From assembly GCF_009914755.1 (NCBI RefSeq), contig NC_060933.1: DNA of 64,000 bases, one strand, 5' to 3'. Both the position numbers and the translations under genes were made by a program. Below are positions 41,721 to 54,200 of this stretch, one piece after another (positions within the stretch are counted from its first letter, which is position 1; every line of letters starts with the position of its first letter). This stretch comes from the human T2T-CHM13v2.0 reference genome, Homo sapiens. The notes beneath the pieces are model-generated. The model searched no databases. It was not told where the DNA came from and saw only the letters and a program-made list of their open reading frames with translations.

Positions 41721-42890
41721 ATACATGTGTACATGCATAGTGAATTCAACTCATTAAACTGATGATCACCTATAGTTTTTATATTGAATACTATATTGCT
41801 TTTTAGCATATATAGCAGTAGATACATGTGTATATTTGTTTGCTGGTTATTTTGTCAGATATTTCTTTTTAAACTTTTATAGAAGATTTTAAATAGATTT
41901 TTGCTTATCACATAAAGGACCCTGGGAAAACTTGAAAATTAAGAAAGAAGCAATCACCTGCAAAAAAGTTTTTGTTTATTCCCTAAACAAATGCAGCTGA
42001 ATATTCTTTAGAGAAATAAGCAAGCTATTCAGCTAAGTTGATTTTTACATTTATATGCATTATACTTACAGTCACCTTTTTCCTAAAAAAAAATCACAGA
42101 ATATCAAGTACTACTCTATATAAAGTTTTTTTGTACCTAAAATAATTACTATAGAAGGATATTATTAGTATTACTATAGAATATTACTATAGAAGGATAT
42201 TATTAATATTTCTCCCCCTTTTCCCCCAAAACAATGTGCTGTTTTCAATCTTACTTTCGCTTTAATACTTGTGAAAATTAAGATGATGATATATTTTAAA
42301 TAGATAGCTTTGATTTGCATAAAATATAAGTTTGCACAAGCTTTTGAAAGCACTTCAGAGAGTACTTAAAGCTGAGTATATTTTTTGGCTGATTATACAT
42401 GCAGTAGTAAACTGCATCTGGCGATATATATTTTATTAACAGTTTCCTCATCCTTCTGCCTAAATCTACTGATTTATTGATGGTTTCCTTTTACCTCTGC
42501 TATGATTCTAATGCTCCCAAAACTTTTTTTTTTTCCTTCTTATGCTTGTTTATATGAACCACCATTGTGTGGATAAGGGTGAGAGCACAGAAGAAATGGA
42601 TTTTAGAGTCAACATTCAGTACCTATTCAAAGGTGACTAGGATGAGAGCTAGTGTGCTTTTGAAGAGAGAGAGAGAATAGATTAAGGAGATAGCTAGCTC
42701 TCTCTCCATATTTAAAGATGGATAACATCTACCACTTATTAAGAGTTGTTATTGGCCTAGATATTTAGGTGATGCTTTGATAGTCAATTACTAATGCCTA
42801 GGTTATACATTGTGGGGAAACACTCTTACTTTCTGTGATTACATCTGAACCAAAGTCTTGTTTTCCTGTCATGCTGCTTTTAATAATATT

Positions 42891-43010
42891 TTCCTTCCTT
42901 CCTTCCTTCCTTCCTTCCTTCCTTCCTTCCTTCCTTCCTTCCTTCTTCCCTCCCTCCCTTTTCTCCTTCTCTCTCCTCTTCCCTCCTTTCTGCTCTTCCT
43001 GCCTCCATCT
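42891..43010. repeat. (TTCC)n / polypyrimidine tract
   Basis: About 13 TTCC units followed by a C/T-only run; this explains the FLPS/PSFL ORFs. Confidence 0.97.
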
Positions 43011-44274
43011 CTCTGTCCTTATTTATGTATCTATATTAACTCACATTTTTGTTGCCTTAGTGTAGGCAGTGTGTCTTTAGTTTTACATTTGAGAAAACCA
43101 GAAATAAATACTCTGAGTTTTTATTACACATTATATGATTCTACTTTATTATACCCAAATTTCATCTCATGTTTAATTATAAAAGTAATAATTAAAATAT
43201 TAGAATATCAGAAAATACACACAAACATACATAAGAACAGAGGTCAGTGTGGCTGTCAGAAATTGTGTTGTGGAAAGTATCCACAAATGCAGTATCCATT
43301 TTCATTATTGCTTACTGGGACTATTTTGAAAATATAATGTTTTAACTGGGCTTCCAATCCCCAGTCTTTCTTCTATTATATCATTTCTGGATTCACATGA
43401 CACTGATTAAATACACACACATACACACACACAAGATTATAGTGCTCTGTGGTTAGGAAACTGTGACAGTTCCATGATACTTCCATGTTAAATTTTCCTG
43501 CAAATTTTACTAAAATTCGGGTTCCCAAGACCTATCTACAAATATTTAAATTCTTAGTTATCAGATGGTGCCTAGGAATCAGCATTTTAAGAAACAAAGT
43601 CTTTCTGATGTTCGACAGTCTAATCACATTAACTTTCTTACCATCTCTGTAAAGAGCACCTACCTTTACTCTCCATGGCCATTGTATGTCCTGCATCTAG
43701 AATATTTGGAATCACTCTCACACAAAAGCTCAAGTCAAAAATTTCTTCTACTCCACTGTCTGGAATGAATAACTCTAACTCCTCAATCTTCCCTGGCATC
43801 TCGTTTGTACCCCAAATAGTCTTCTCTTTTATATTAGGGTAAGTTAATAGATCTTGTTTCACATGGAGATTTTGAACTTTTTTTGGTCAGTATGAACATT
43901 TATAAGTGTTTATATTCTTTGTACCTAGCAGATATTTGTGAAACACAAAACTTATTTTAAAGGAATAAGCATAGAGTTTGCTCTTGTTTCAGAATATTGG
44001 ATATATAAATACACATGCAGACACCAGAAATTTTTAGATATATGATTTTATTCTTTCATGTTTAATTATAAAAGTAACACTTACAGTATTAAAATATCAG
44101 GAAATACATATAAACATATCTGTCATCTATCTATCTACCTATCTATCATCTACCTATATAATGTCATCCAAAAGTTGCAACTCAGAAAAATTATATTTAC
44201 TGACATTTTTAATAGATCTTTTATATACAAAACTATATTTTTCTCAATAAAAAAGTTTGCTTTAAAATTTTCTT

Positions 44275-45290
44275 TTCTATTATTTTAATTAATAGACATT
44301 ATTGCTTAGAGCAGTATTAGGTTTACATAAAATTTTAGCAGAAAATTCCTTTATACTTCCTTTCCATGCCCCACCGCACCCTCAGTTCTCCTATTATTAA
44401 CACCTTGCATTGGTGTAGTACATTTGTTACAATTGATGAGCCAATATTGACACATTATTATTACATAAAGTCTATAGTTTGTATTAGGGTTTATTCTCAG
44501 TGTTTTACAGTTCTGAGGTTTTGACAAATGCATAATAGCATGTATGCACAATTACATTATCAACAGGGTAGTTTCACTGCCCTAGAAATCCCCTGTGTTC
44601 CTGCCCCTGGCAACCACTGATTCCTTTACTGCTTCTATAGATTTGCTTTCTCAGAATGTCATATATTTGGAATCACACACTATGTAGCCTTTTCAGAGTT
44701 ACTTCTTTCTCTTATCAATATGCATTAAAGATTCTCTTATGTCATTTTCTGGTGTGGGGGGTGCTTGATAACTCATTTCTCTTTATTGCTGAATAATATT
44801 CCATTGTTTGTACCATAGATTTTTATTCATTTGCCTATTGGTGGACATTTTGGTTGCTTCCAAGTTTTGGCAGTTATGTATAAAGCTGCTATAACCATCC
44901 ATATTCAGGTTTCTATGTGGACTTAAGTCTTCAGCTCATTTGGGTAAATGTCTGGGAGCATGATTGCTGGATCAAAAGGTGTGACTATGTTTAGCTTTGT
45001 AAGAAGCTATCAGTGTCTTCCAAAGTGGCTGTACAATTTTGTAATACTATCAACAATGAGTGAGAACCCTTCTTGTCCCATGTTCTCTCTAGAATTTGGT
45101 GTAAGTGTTCTGGATTTTAATCATTATAGCAGTAATGCAGTGGTATCTCGTTTCCATTTGTAATTCCTTAATAACATATTATATCAAGCAAATTTCATAT
45201 GCTTATTTGTCATTTGTATATATTCTTTAGTGAAGTGTCACTTCAGAACTTTTGTCCTGCTTTTTTGTTTTTTACTTATTTTGAAGTTCC
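44275..45290 (-). mobile_element. L1MC1/2-like 3' end
   Basis: 'ttagagcagtattaggtttaca...tggtgtagtacatttgttacaattgatgagccaatattgacacattatta...gtttcactgccctagaaatcccctgtg'. Confidence 0.88.
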
Positions 45291-46559
45291 AAAATCATCA
45301 GTTTTTTGACTTCATAGTAAGAATGTGGATTTTTAACAAATATTTCCGTTTTCCTACATAAGCAAAGTAATGTAACTTAGAAAATTTTTTTGTTGATGTG
45401 GGCCATTATTTTTCCTAAAAATATTGTCATGTTAATATTTTACATTTAAGCCAAAAATATCTTGTAAGTTAGGCAGCGTGCTAGTTCAAATTTGGAATAT
45501 ACATGACTATATATAGTGTAATTCAATAACAAACACAGATAACCATTACAGGACTTGTTTTCTATTGTGTAGCCTAGAGAATGACCCTCAAGTTGGTTTT
45601 GTGATATAATATATGCAGACAATATGACAGGTAATTGATTTGATTTAAAATATACCTTACTGGTGACAAATTATAGTTTTATTACTGAGCGTAGCAAAAT
45701 AATATTTAAATGAACATCTAATGGAGCAAACATTTTTTAAGAAGAGTTGTTAATTTTGCCACAGTACATTTAAAATTTGGACCAAGAAACAGTGTAATTA
45801 TGAGTATAATGCATGTTGTGATATAATTTCTAATGTGTTGGTGAGAAAAAAATCCTACTTAGAAGAATTACTGGGGATATATTTTGATACGCATGTAAGG
45901 ATTCATATCTAAAAAGGTTAATATTTACTCCATTCTATAACATGAACTCTGATTTCTTGTTTGAAAATTGTATGGATAATACTCCATTTTCATATTCAAG
46001 ATTACAGTGTCCTCACCATAAGCCATGAAGAGAAACAAAAGTGCTGAAGTTGTTTAAATAACATTATAATTTTGATAATTCTGTAGTCTCATGTAAATGT
46101 GCTTAAATAATGTATTTTCTATAGGGTTCTGAGAAATTCAAAAGAAAATTTCTGTGGCAGGCTTACAGAGTTATATATAGAATAATAAAGGCCGGAAAAG
46201 AAACTTCACAAAATAGAAACATACAAAAGATGTGTGTTTTAGTACTGTTATATAGATATGCTCTGACTTACTAAAACAAAGCTGGCTTATTCCAAGGAAA
46301 TCATGTTCAGTCATAGAAGCTTCCTGCTGTATATTTTTTGGTGTGTATTTCATACTTTAAACTGCTTTGTTTTCATTTTTTACATTGCATTTTAAAGGCA
46401 CTTAAATATCTTTATAACTTTTTTAAAGCTAAAGAGTCATTTGTTAAAATGCTATAGAAATACAGTGAAATATTAGTCTGAGAGGCTTTGGATATTACAA
46501 TATAGTCTATTCCCTGCTAGATACCACAGCAAATTAAAAATAAACATGCCCTGGTTATT

Positions 46560-48200
46560 GTCCATTAACATCATGTAATCTAGAGGTTAAATCCATCATT
46601 AGAAAATCAATCAGCCTTATAAATTGTCAGATATTAAAATATCCACTTGAAATTCTTTTGTTTTCAACTTTTATTTTAGGCTCAGGGGTACAGGTGCAGA
46701 TTTGTTACATGGAAGTATGGTGTGATCCTCAGGTTTGAGGTATGAATGATTCCGTCACCCTAGTAGTGACCATAATAGCCAACAGGGAGTTTTCAACCCT
46801 GGTCCGCCTTTCACTCTCCCCAGTCTAGCAGTCCCCAGTGTCTATTGTTTTCTTCTTTATGCCCATGTGTGCTCAATGTTTAGCTCCCACTTATAAGTGA
46901 GAATATGTGGCATTTGGTTTTCTGTTCTTATATTAATTCTTTTGGGACAATGGCCTCCAGCTGCATCCATATTGCTGCAAAAGACATGATTTTATTCTTT
47001 TTATGGCTGTGTAGTATTCCACAGCATACATATGCCACCTTTTCTTTATCCAGTCCACTGTTAATTGCCACCTAGGTTGATTCCATGTCTTGCTATTGTG
47101 AATAGTGCTACCATTAGAATGGCCATTATTAAAAAGACCAAAAATAACAGATGCTGGCAATGTTGCAGAGAAATGGGAACATTTATACAGTGTTGGTGGC
47201 TATGTAAATTAGTCCAGTCACTGTGGAAAATAATTTGGAGATGTCTCAAATAACTTAAAATAGAAGTACCATTCAACCAAAAAATCTCATTACTGAGTAT
47301 ATACCAAAATGAAATTCTAATTGTCATCCCAAAGTTAACATTTCCAAATTGAAACTCATATTTCCGTTGCATTCCAACCCCAACATGCTCCATCCACAGT
47401 CCTCTCCATCTCAGTTAAAAGCAACCCCATTCTTCCAGTTCTCAGGCCACAATACCTGGAGTCATACTTGATTCTTCTCTTTCTCTCATACTCCTCAATC
47501 AAATCTTCAGGACATTATGGCATTATGGTTACTTTCTAAATATATTTATAAACTGAATTATTACTACTTGTACTACTACTGGAAGATTGGAGTTATCATA
47601 AACTTTCTTTTAAATTATTGCAGTAGCCTCATAAATGGTTTTCTTCTTTGTAAATTTGGTCTTCTATTTACATTGAAATTCTAATGTCTATTATTCAAAT
47701 AACGTCCAGAAGGAATATTTTAAAACCTAACTCCAAATATTTTACTGAAATCCGATCAAAACATTGATGGCTCTCCATTTCTTTCAGAGTATACAGCCGG
47801 AATCACTATACAGTCTAAAAGAACTGCATGGCCTTCCCCCATTACCTCTAGACTGCCTCTCTTCTTCCCCACACATGTTCCCCTAGCTCCTGGAGCTTCC
47901 TGCAATACTCCAAGCACATCTTGCCCTAGTGACCTTGCTCTACTCTTCTGCTTGCAGCTACTTTCCCCAAGATACATGCTTTGCTAAGTCATCTTCAACT
48001 TTGGTCAAGTCTCATCTTCTCAGATAGCTTTTCCTTGACTACTCAAGTAATACTGTAACCTGTGCCATCCCCCTTTTTCACATCCTATCTGTCACTCCTT
48101 ATCCCTTTTACTATGATCTACTATTTTCTTTACATTTATTCAGATTTCTTCTCAAGATCAAGCAGTTTATTTAATGTATCTCTCCTGTGTTATATTTTAT
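46560..48200 (+). mobile_element. L2a-like body hosting the inverted L1
   Basis: 'atccacttgaaattct|aattgtcatcccaaagttaacatttccaaattgaaactc...tctcaggccacaatacctggagtcatacttgattcttctc...aaaacattgatggctctccatt'. Confidence 0.8.
46657..47309 (-). mobile_element. L1PA16-like 5'-inverted (twin-primed) insertion
   Basis: Minus-strand 3'UTR at 46657-47109 is joined to a plus-oriented upstream L1 segment at 47110-47309. 9-bp TSD TGAAATTCT at 46648-46656 and 47310-47318. Confidence 0.92.
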
Positions 48201-49117
48201 CATACGTAGCCAAAAAAAAAAAAGTTGGAAATCTTTAACTGGGATTTAACTGGGAAGCAGCAAGCTTCATTAATTACCCCTTTTATTTTCTGTATTACTG
48301 TAAGTTACAGTTGGAGCAAAACCTATTATTACACAGCTTTCTGCCTGACTCAGGAAAGAGCAATTCAAGCAAAGCACAATTGGTATCACTAAGCAAAAAG
48401 ACAGAAAATGGCTAAGATGGCTAGAATTTTTGGAAGAGAGTACTGGAAAGAAGGGCACTACACAGAGGAATGCTCCAGAAACTACTAAAGATAGTTACAA
48501 AGTTACAAAGTTACAAAGGAGATATAGCTCAATAGTCAATACACTTTTGCTCTTCTGTCAGAGGTATGTGAACCAGAGAGACTCCATCTTAAGTAGGAGC
48601 TGGGCAAAATGAGGCCAAAACCTACTGGGCTGCATTCCCAGATGGTTAAGGCATTCTAAGTAACAGGATGAGATAAGAGGTCAGCACAAAATACATGTCA
48701 CATAAAGATCTTGCTGATAAAACAGGTTGCAGTAAAGGAGCTGGCCGAAACCTACCAAAACCAAAATGGTCATGAGAGTGACCTCTGGTCGTCCTCACTG
48801 CTTCACTCCCACCAGCTTCATGACAGTTGACAAATGCCATGGCAATGTCAGGAAGTTACACTATATGGTCCAAAAAGGGGAGGCATGAATAATCCACCCC
48901 TTGTTTGGTATATCATCAAGAAATAATCATAAAAATGAGCAACCAGCAGCTCTCGGGGCTGCTCTGTCTATGGAGTAGCCATTCTTTTATTCTTTTACTT
49001 TCTTAATAAACTTGCTTTCAGTTTGCACTGTGGACTTGCCCTGAATTATTTCTTGCAGAAGATCCAAGAACTCTCTCGTGGGGTCTCGATTGGGACCCCT
49101 TTCCTGTAACATATTTC

Positions 49118-49135
49118 TGGCAATCACGAAGGGAC
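49118..49135 (+). other. Primer-binding site, tRNA-Arg-like
   Basis: TGGCAATCACGAAGGGAC lies 6 nt after the LTR end and is near-complementary to the 3' end of tRNA-Arg(TCG) as I recall it. Confidence 0.75.
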
Positions 49136-50481
49136 CATAGTGCAGAAACCGTGACCTGACAGCTACCTTTGGGTAAGTGTTGGGTTTCTGTAACATCTTT
49201 CTGGCAAACCCAGAAGGGACAATACAGAAGAAACCCCCTAACCCAAAGGAAATAGACTGCAGCACTGATTGAATGACTTTGGGTAAGTGGTGTGGTACCC
49301 GGGTAAATAATGGGATTGGGTTAGAGGCCCAACTTAGGGGAGTAAGAGTCTCTCCTAAGACAGAGTAGGTAAGAGGCCCTTCTTAATAAAAGGCAAGGAT
49401 GCTTGACTGACCTTGGGTTAGAGGCCTGACTTAGGAGGGTTAGAGTCCCTTTTAAGATTTAGGGGGTTAGAAGACTGTCTCAGTAAAGTCCCACTCGGCT
49501 AAGAATACATTTGACACTATGGGATGTTAACTGCTATTCTCATTGGATTAATCTGCCTTGTACTGTTTGCTGATGGCTGTGGGTGACAGGGTTAGGCATG
49601 TTCAGGATCGTGGGACATGGGGAGCTTTTTCCTCCCTAATAGGGGAAACTTGAGAGCTAATAGGCTTACTGGAAAAGATCCCTTTGTACCAAGAAGCAGC
49701 TGACTGAAATTTTCAGTGCCACTGCAATGGGTGGGTCTTTCTCTGGCCCTCTGATCATTTCGCCTTCCCCACCCTACCACAGGCAATGCTTTTTTCTCTC
49801 CCCTTTTGCTTTCTTAATACAAAAGATTTTGTATTACTCAGGGTGACCATCTTGCCCAGAGACCACGCATTGAAACTCCTAGAAGGAGGTTGGATTAAAG
49901 ATGATGGGGCACATCTGGGGGCAAATTTAAGCCTTGCTGGTTTGATACTGGGTGCTAAGCAGAGTGGTTAACGTCTGTGTTTTATCACATGTATTTTGCT
50001 CTGGCCAGAATGAAAAAATAAATAAATTTTTCCTTTATGATGTGGCTTGGCTCCCAGGGTGATGATGCTGCAAGCGAAATCACTAGGGCCGCTCAGGGAA
50101 AGGGAACCCAGAAGCCTGGCATGCTGGCAAAAACATAAGAATTTCTTACATCAGATTTCTGGATTCTCTCTCTCTGTGCAAATGGTTGAATGAATGGAAA
50201 AAAAGAATCAGTGTTTATCTCCTCTTTAAAGTTTTGATTAATGCAAAAAAAATTCTAATGCTAGTCTTAACCTGGTGTACTTTGTGCTATGAGTTCATTT
50301 TTCTGTGTTGAGGGATACTTTAGGATAAAACAAGGGCTTAGAACACCTGTAAGCCTGCTCTTCAAAAAGACAACAAGCTGGTCAGTAACAAACTTGCCTG
50401 CAGGTCCCTGAAACAAACAAACAAAAAAACCAAAAAACTGGATGAAGTCTCTATCTTGTTTTATGTCCTTGGGAGTTTGAC

Positions 50482-50781
<300 letters not shown>

Positions 50782-50865
50782 GGGAGCTTGACCTTTAACC
50801 ATGTGGCTGTACCTTCTCTTGGTCTCTGCCTTCCAGGGAACAGGAATTTTAGGGTTTATGTGCTA

Positions 50866-51216
<351 letters not shown>

Positions 51217-54200
51217 TTAAAAGCCTTTGCAAGCTCCAAATTAACTACTCTAGAATTCTTCTGGGAAAGACAATGGGGACAGCCCCATGCTGCAGCTCAG
51301 TAGCTAAAGTTTTGCACTTTCACAGTGGCGGTCTGGTTTTGATTCTCCACCTAGGAAGTAAGTCCTTTCTGGTTTAATATGTGCGTGACCTTGTCTATTC
51401 TCTTCTCCATGGACTGTCTTAAATTTTCCTTTCTCTAAGCACCTCGGTGGTTGTCTTTGGTGAAGTTCAGAAGCTAGAAATATTGACTGCTTGGCATGGA
51501 TAAAGTAGGGTAATAAGAGATCTGAAAGGATTTTTTTTAAAGAGCACTGTGGTTAAAAGTCAGTTTAATTAAAAGTGGATAAACAAGCTTTAGATATATT
51601 TAAAATGCCTTTACGTTTTTCTCTTCTTGGAACTTGTTTTTCTGGAAAAAGGTTTTTTTCTTCTCATTCGACTGAATTATTTTTCTCCATATTTTTTGTC
51701 TTGCCACTCTTAACGGACACATGGGAGGCCCTAAGATAACTTCTGTTAGCCTGTGACTAATTGGGAAAAACAGAGGAGGCGCCACAGACCCTGTTTTGGA
51801 AAAACCCTCTGTTTTCCTCATGAAACCCCAGGAATTAAAAGCAGATTGATCCCTCTCAAAATCAAAGGCTCTGTTCCTGTTTTACTTGTGTTATCTGATG
51901 GTTTTGAGTTTTGGGGGTATCAGAAATTACTTCGCATTATAAGAGAGCTTTGGTGTGTAATAACTAGGTAAGAAATATAATTTAAAGGATGACTAATAAT
52001 AGTTACGGAGGGATACTTGACCCTTTGCACACTTGGATCAGAGACGCATGCTCTCGGCCATCTGGAAGATAAGGAAACATCCTCATCCCCCACTGGGAGA
52101 TGAGACTCCCATGAGGGGTGGGCTGATGACAAAATGGGCTGATTGGCTTTGGGTTGCCTTGCAATGAAATGCAGAGTAGAAGCACTGCACTGTCTTCTCC
52201 TATAGTATTTCCCTCCTTTTGGGGATCAAGGAACAAGTATAAAATGGCAACCTTAATTTTGGAGACCTGTCTTTGCCTTCAGTTGCTTATTTGCTGCCCT
52301 TATTTGACCCTAGAAAAACAGGCTTTCCTGGCCGTGTTCCTCCAATGGCTGCACCCTGAAGGCAGTAATCCAACTAAGAAACTGGCAAATGAAAAATCTT
52401 ACAAGTGCTGAACCTTCTGTCTGTCTATTTATATGTGTTATATGTTTATATATAAGAGAGCTCTAATTAATTGGCTTAGAAAAATAAGTGCTTAAATCAA
52501 ATATTTTGTAGAAAAATAGAAACTTTAATACCTTTTTGTCACAAAGCTTTAGTAATATTTTGGAAATAAAGATAGTTTTAAAGACTATTGGTAAAATAAA
52601 ATGGCTTGAAAATGTAGACGTTTGGTCTAAATTAAGGTCAGGTATCACATTTGCTAAATGCTTTAAGGTCAAACTGCTTCTTTAACTTTTAAAAATTGTT
52701 CCATTTATATACCTTAAAGCCATTAGAGCCTAGATAAGGCCTGGGAACACGTGGAATTAGCCATGCCCTCTAGCTATATAAAGAAGATTATAAAGAAAGA
52801 GATTTTATATAAGAAAGGATCTTGTATGGTAAATTATTGTCCTAAAGTAAAATGACCAGTTGTTTAAAAGGAGGGATTTTAGGGCAAGTCAGAAAGTCCA
52901 AGGATGTTTCATACGGTCCATGTGAGTCATGAAAAGATTTGTGAAAGGGAATTTATGGAAGAAATGTTGTACAATTCAAAGGTTGTTAGACCTCCTAAAT
53001 GCTTCATAAAATGCCACTATAACTCTTGTCGTACAACTTGCCTGCTTAAGTAAGGTAAGACCTGGGGACATGTGGAGTTAGCCAAGCCCCTAGCTATCCT
53101 GGAGAGTCAGCTCTTGTCTGCATTTCTTCCTGGTGTGTGCTAGGCTAGGCTCCACACTTAGTACCTAATTAAAATCTCTTACTTACCAAGGTTTTCACCA
53201 AAAATAAAAGTTGCTGAGAGTTAATATTATAACATGAAATTAAAACTACTAAAGAAACGATTTTACATGCAAAGGTGTGTAAAGAAAGTAAAATGTGTTT
53301 TTGGTGAAAGATTATAAGAAGCCATGGAAATGTGGATTTTTTTTTTCCTTTCTGCCTAAAGTGTTAAATGATTGCTTTACGTAAGAAAAAAATCTAAAAT
53401 TTAAGCAAGTTGTGGAAGGTTTATAAAAATTAATTGTAAGAGATTCTGTGTGTGAACATATTGGCTAAAGTTAAAGGGGTATTATTCAGGTTTTTCCATA
53501 AATTAAACATTGGAATAAAAACACAACAGGTTTTTCTTAGAGTACTGATTTGCTCTTTCACAAAAAAATGTAAAGGGTTATTAAAAAAAAGGGTTGTAAG
53601 AATCTTACCTTAGGGTGAAACATTAAAATTGAGTAAATATGTCTATAAGGTTTTATTAAAAATTAGTTTTAGCATTAATAGTACATTAATGTAAAGGTGA
53701 AATTTGGTTTATTTGGTATAAAAATCACACAGGAGGCACTATCAAGTGTGAAATCATGTTTTGCTTTCTTTGAACTATATTTGCATAAATGTGTTATTGG
53801 TATATGTTCCAAAGTTAAGGGAAACTCCTATAAGTCTAATATGACTTAGCGTATGCTATTGATAATTATCATTGTTGTGTAAAATTTTGTGTGCCACAGA
53901 AGTAACCAAATTTCCTTATCAATTGTGGCTTTAATAGTGGCTGTCCTAAAACTTTTTATCATCCATAGACAATTGTTGCCATGTTTTAACCCTCTTTAGA
54001 AGGTGGTTTATAATCAACAATAGAACTCTAGCAGGTGTTCTTAAATGCAGGTTTCTAATAACTTTGAAGATTATGACATCAGAATAAAGGAAAAAACTTT
54101 CAGAACTCTCATAGAGAGCTGAAATGTTCATAACTATCAAACAGAAGTTAACTACACAGACTAAACTGAAGAAGTCAAATCTTTTTAACTTTGCATAAAA

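Noticed and set aside
42835-43337. 76-aa and 159-aa ORFs with PSFL repeats
   Set aside because: Artefact of the (TTCC)n tract.
45573-45630. Plus-strand 58-nt exon-like segment ending CAG|gtaatt
   Set aside because: Stops in all frames and only moderate splice sites; indistinguishable from background pseudo-exons.
49317-49475. GGGTTAG repeats resembling telomeric sequence or a CRISPR-like array
   Set aside because: Irregular, degenerate repeats within the MER41 internal leader; no TTAGGG array and no repeat-spacer periodicity, in a eukaryotic context.
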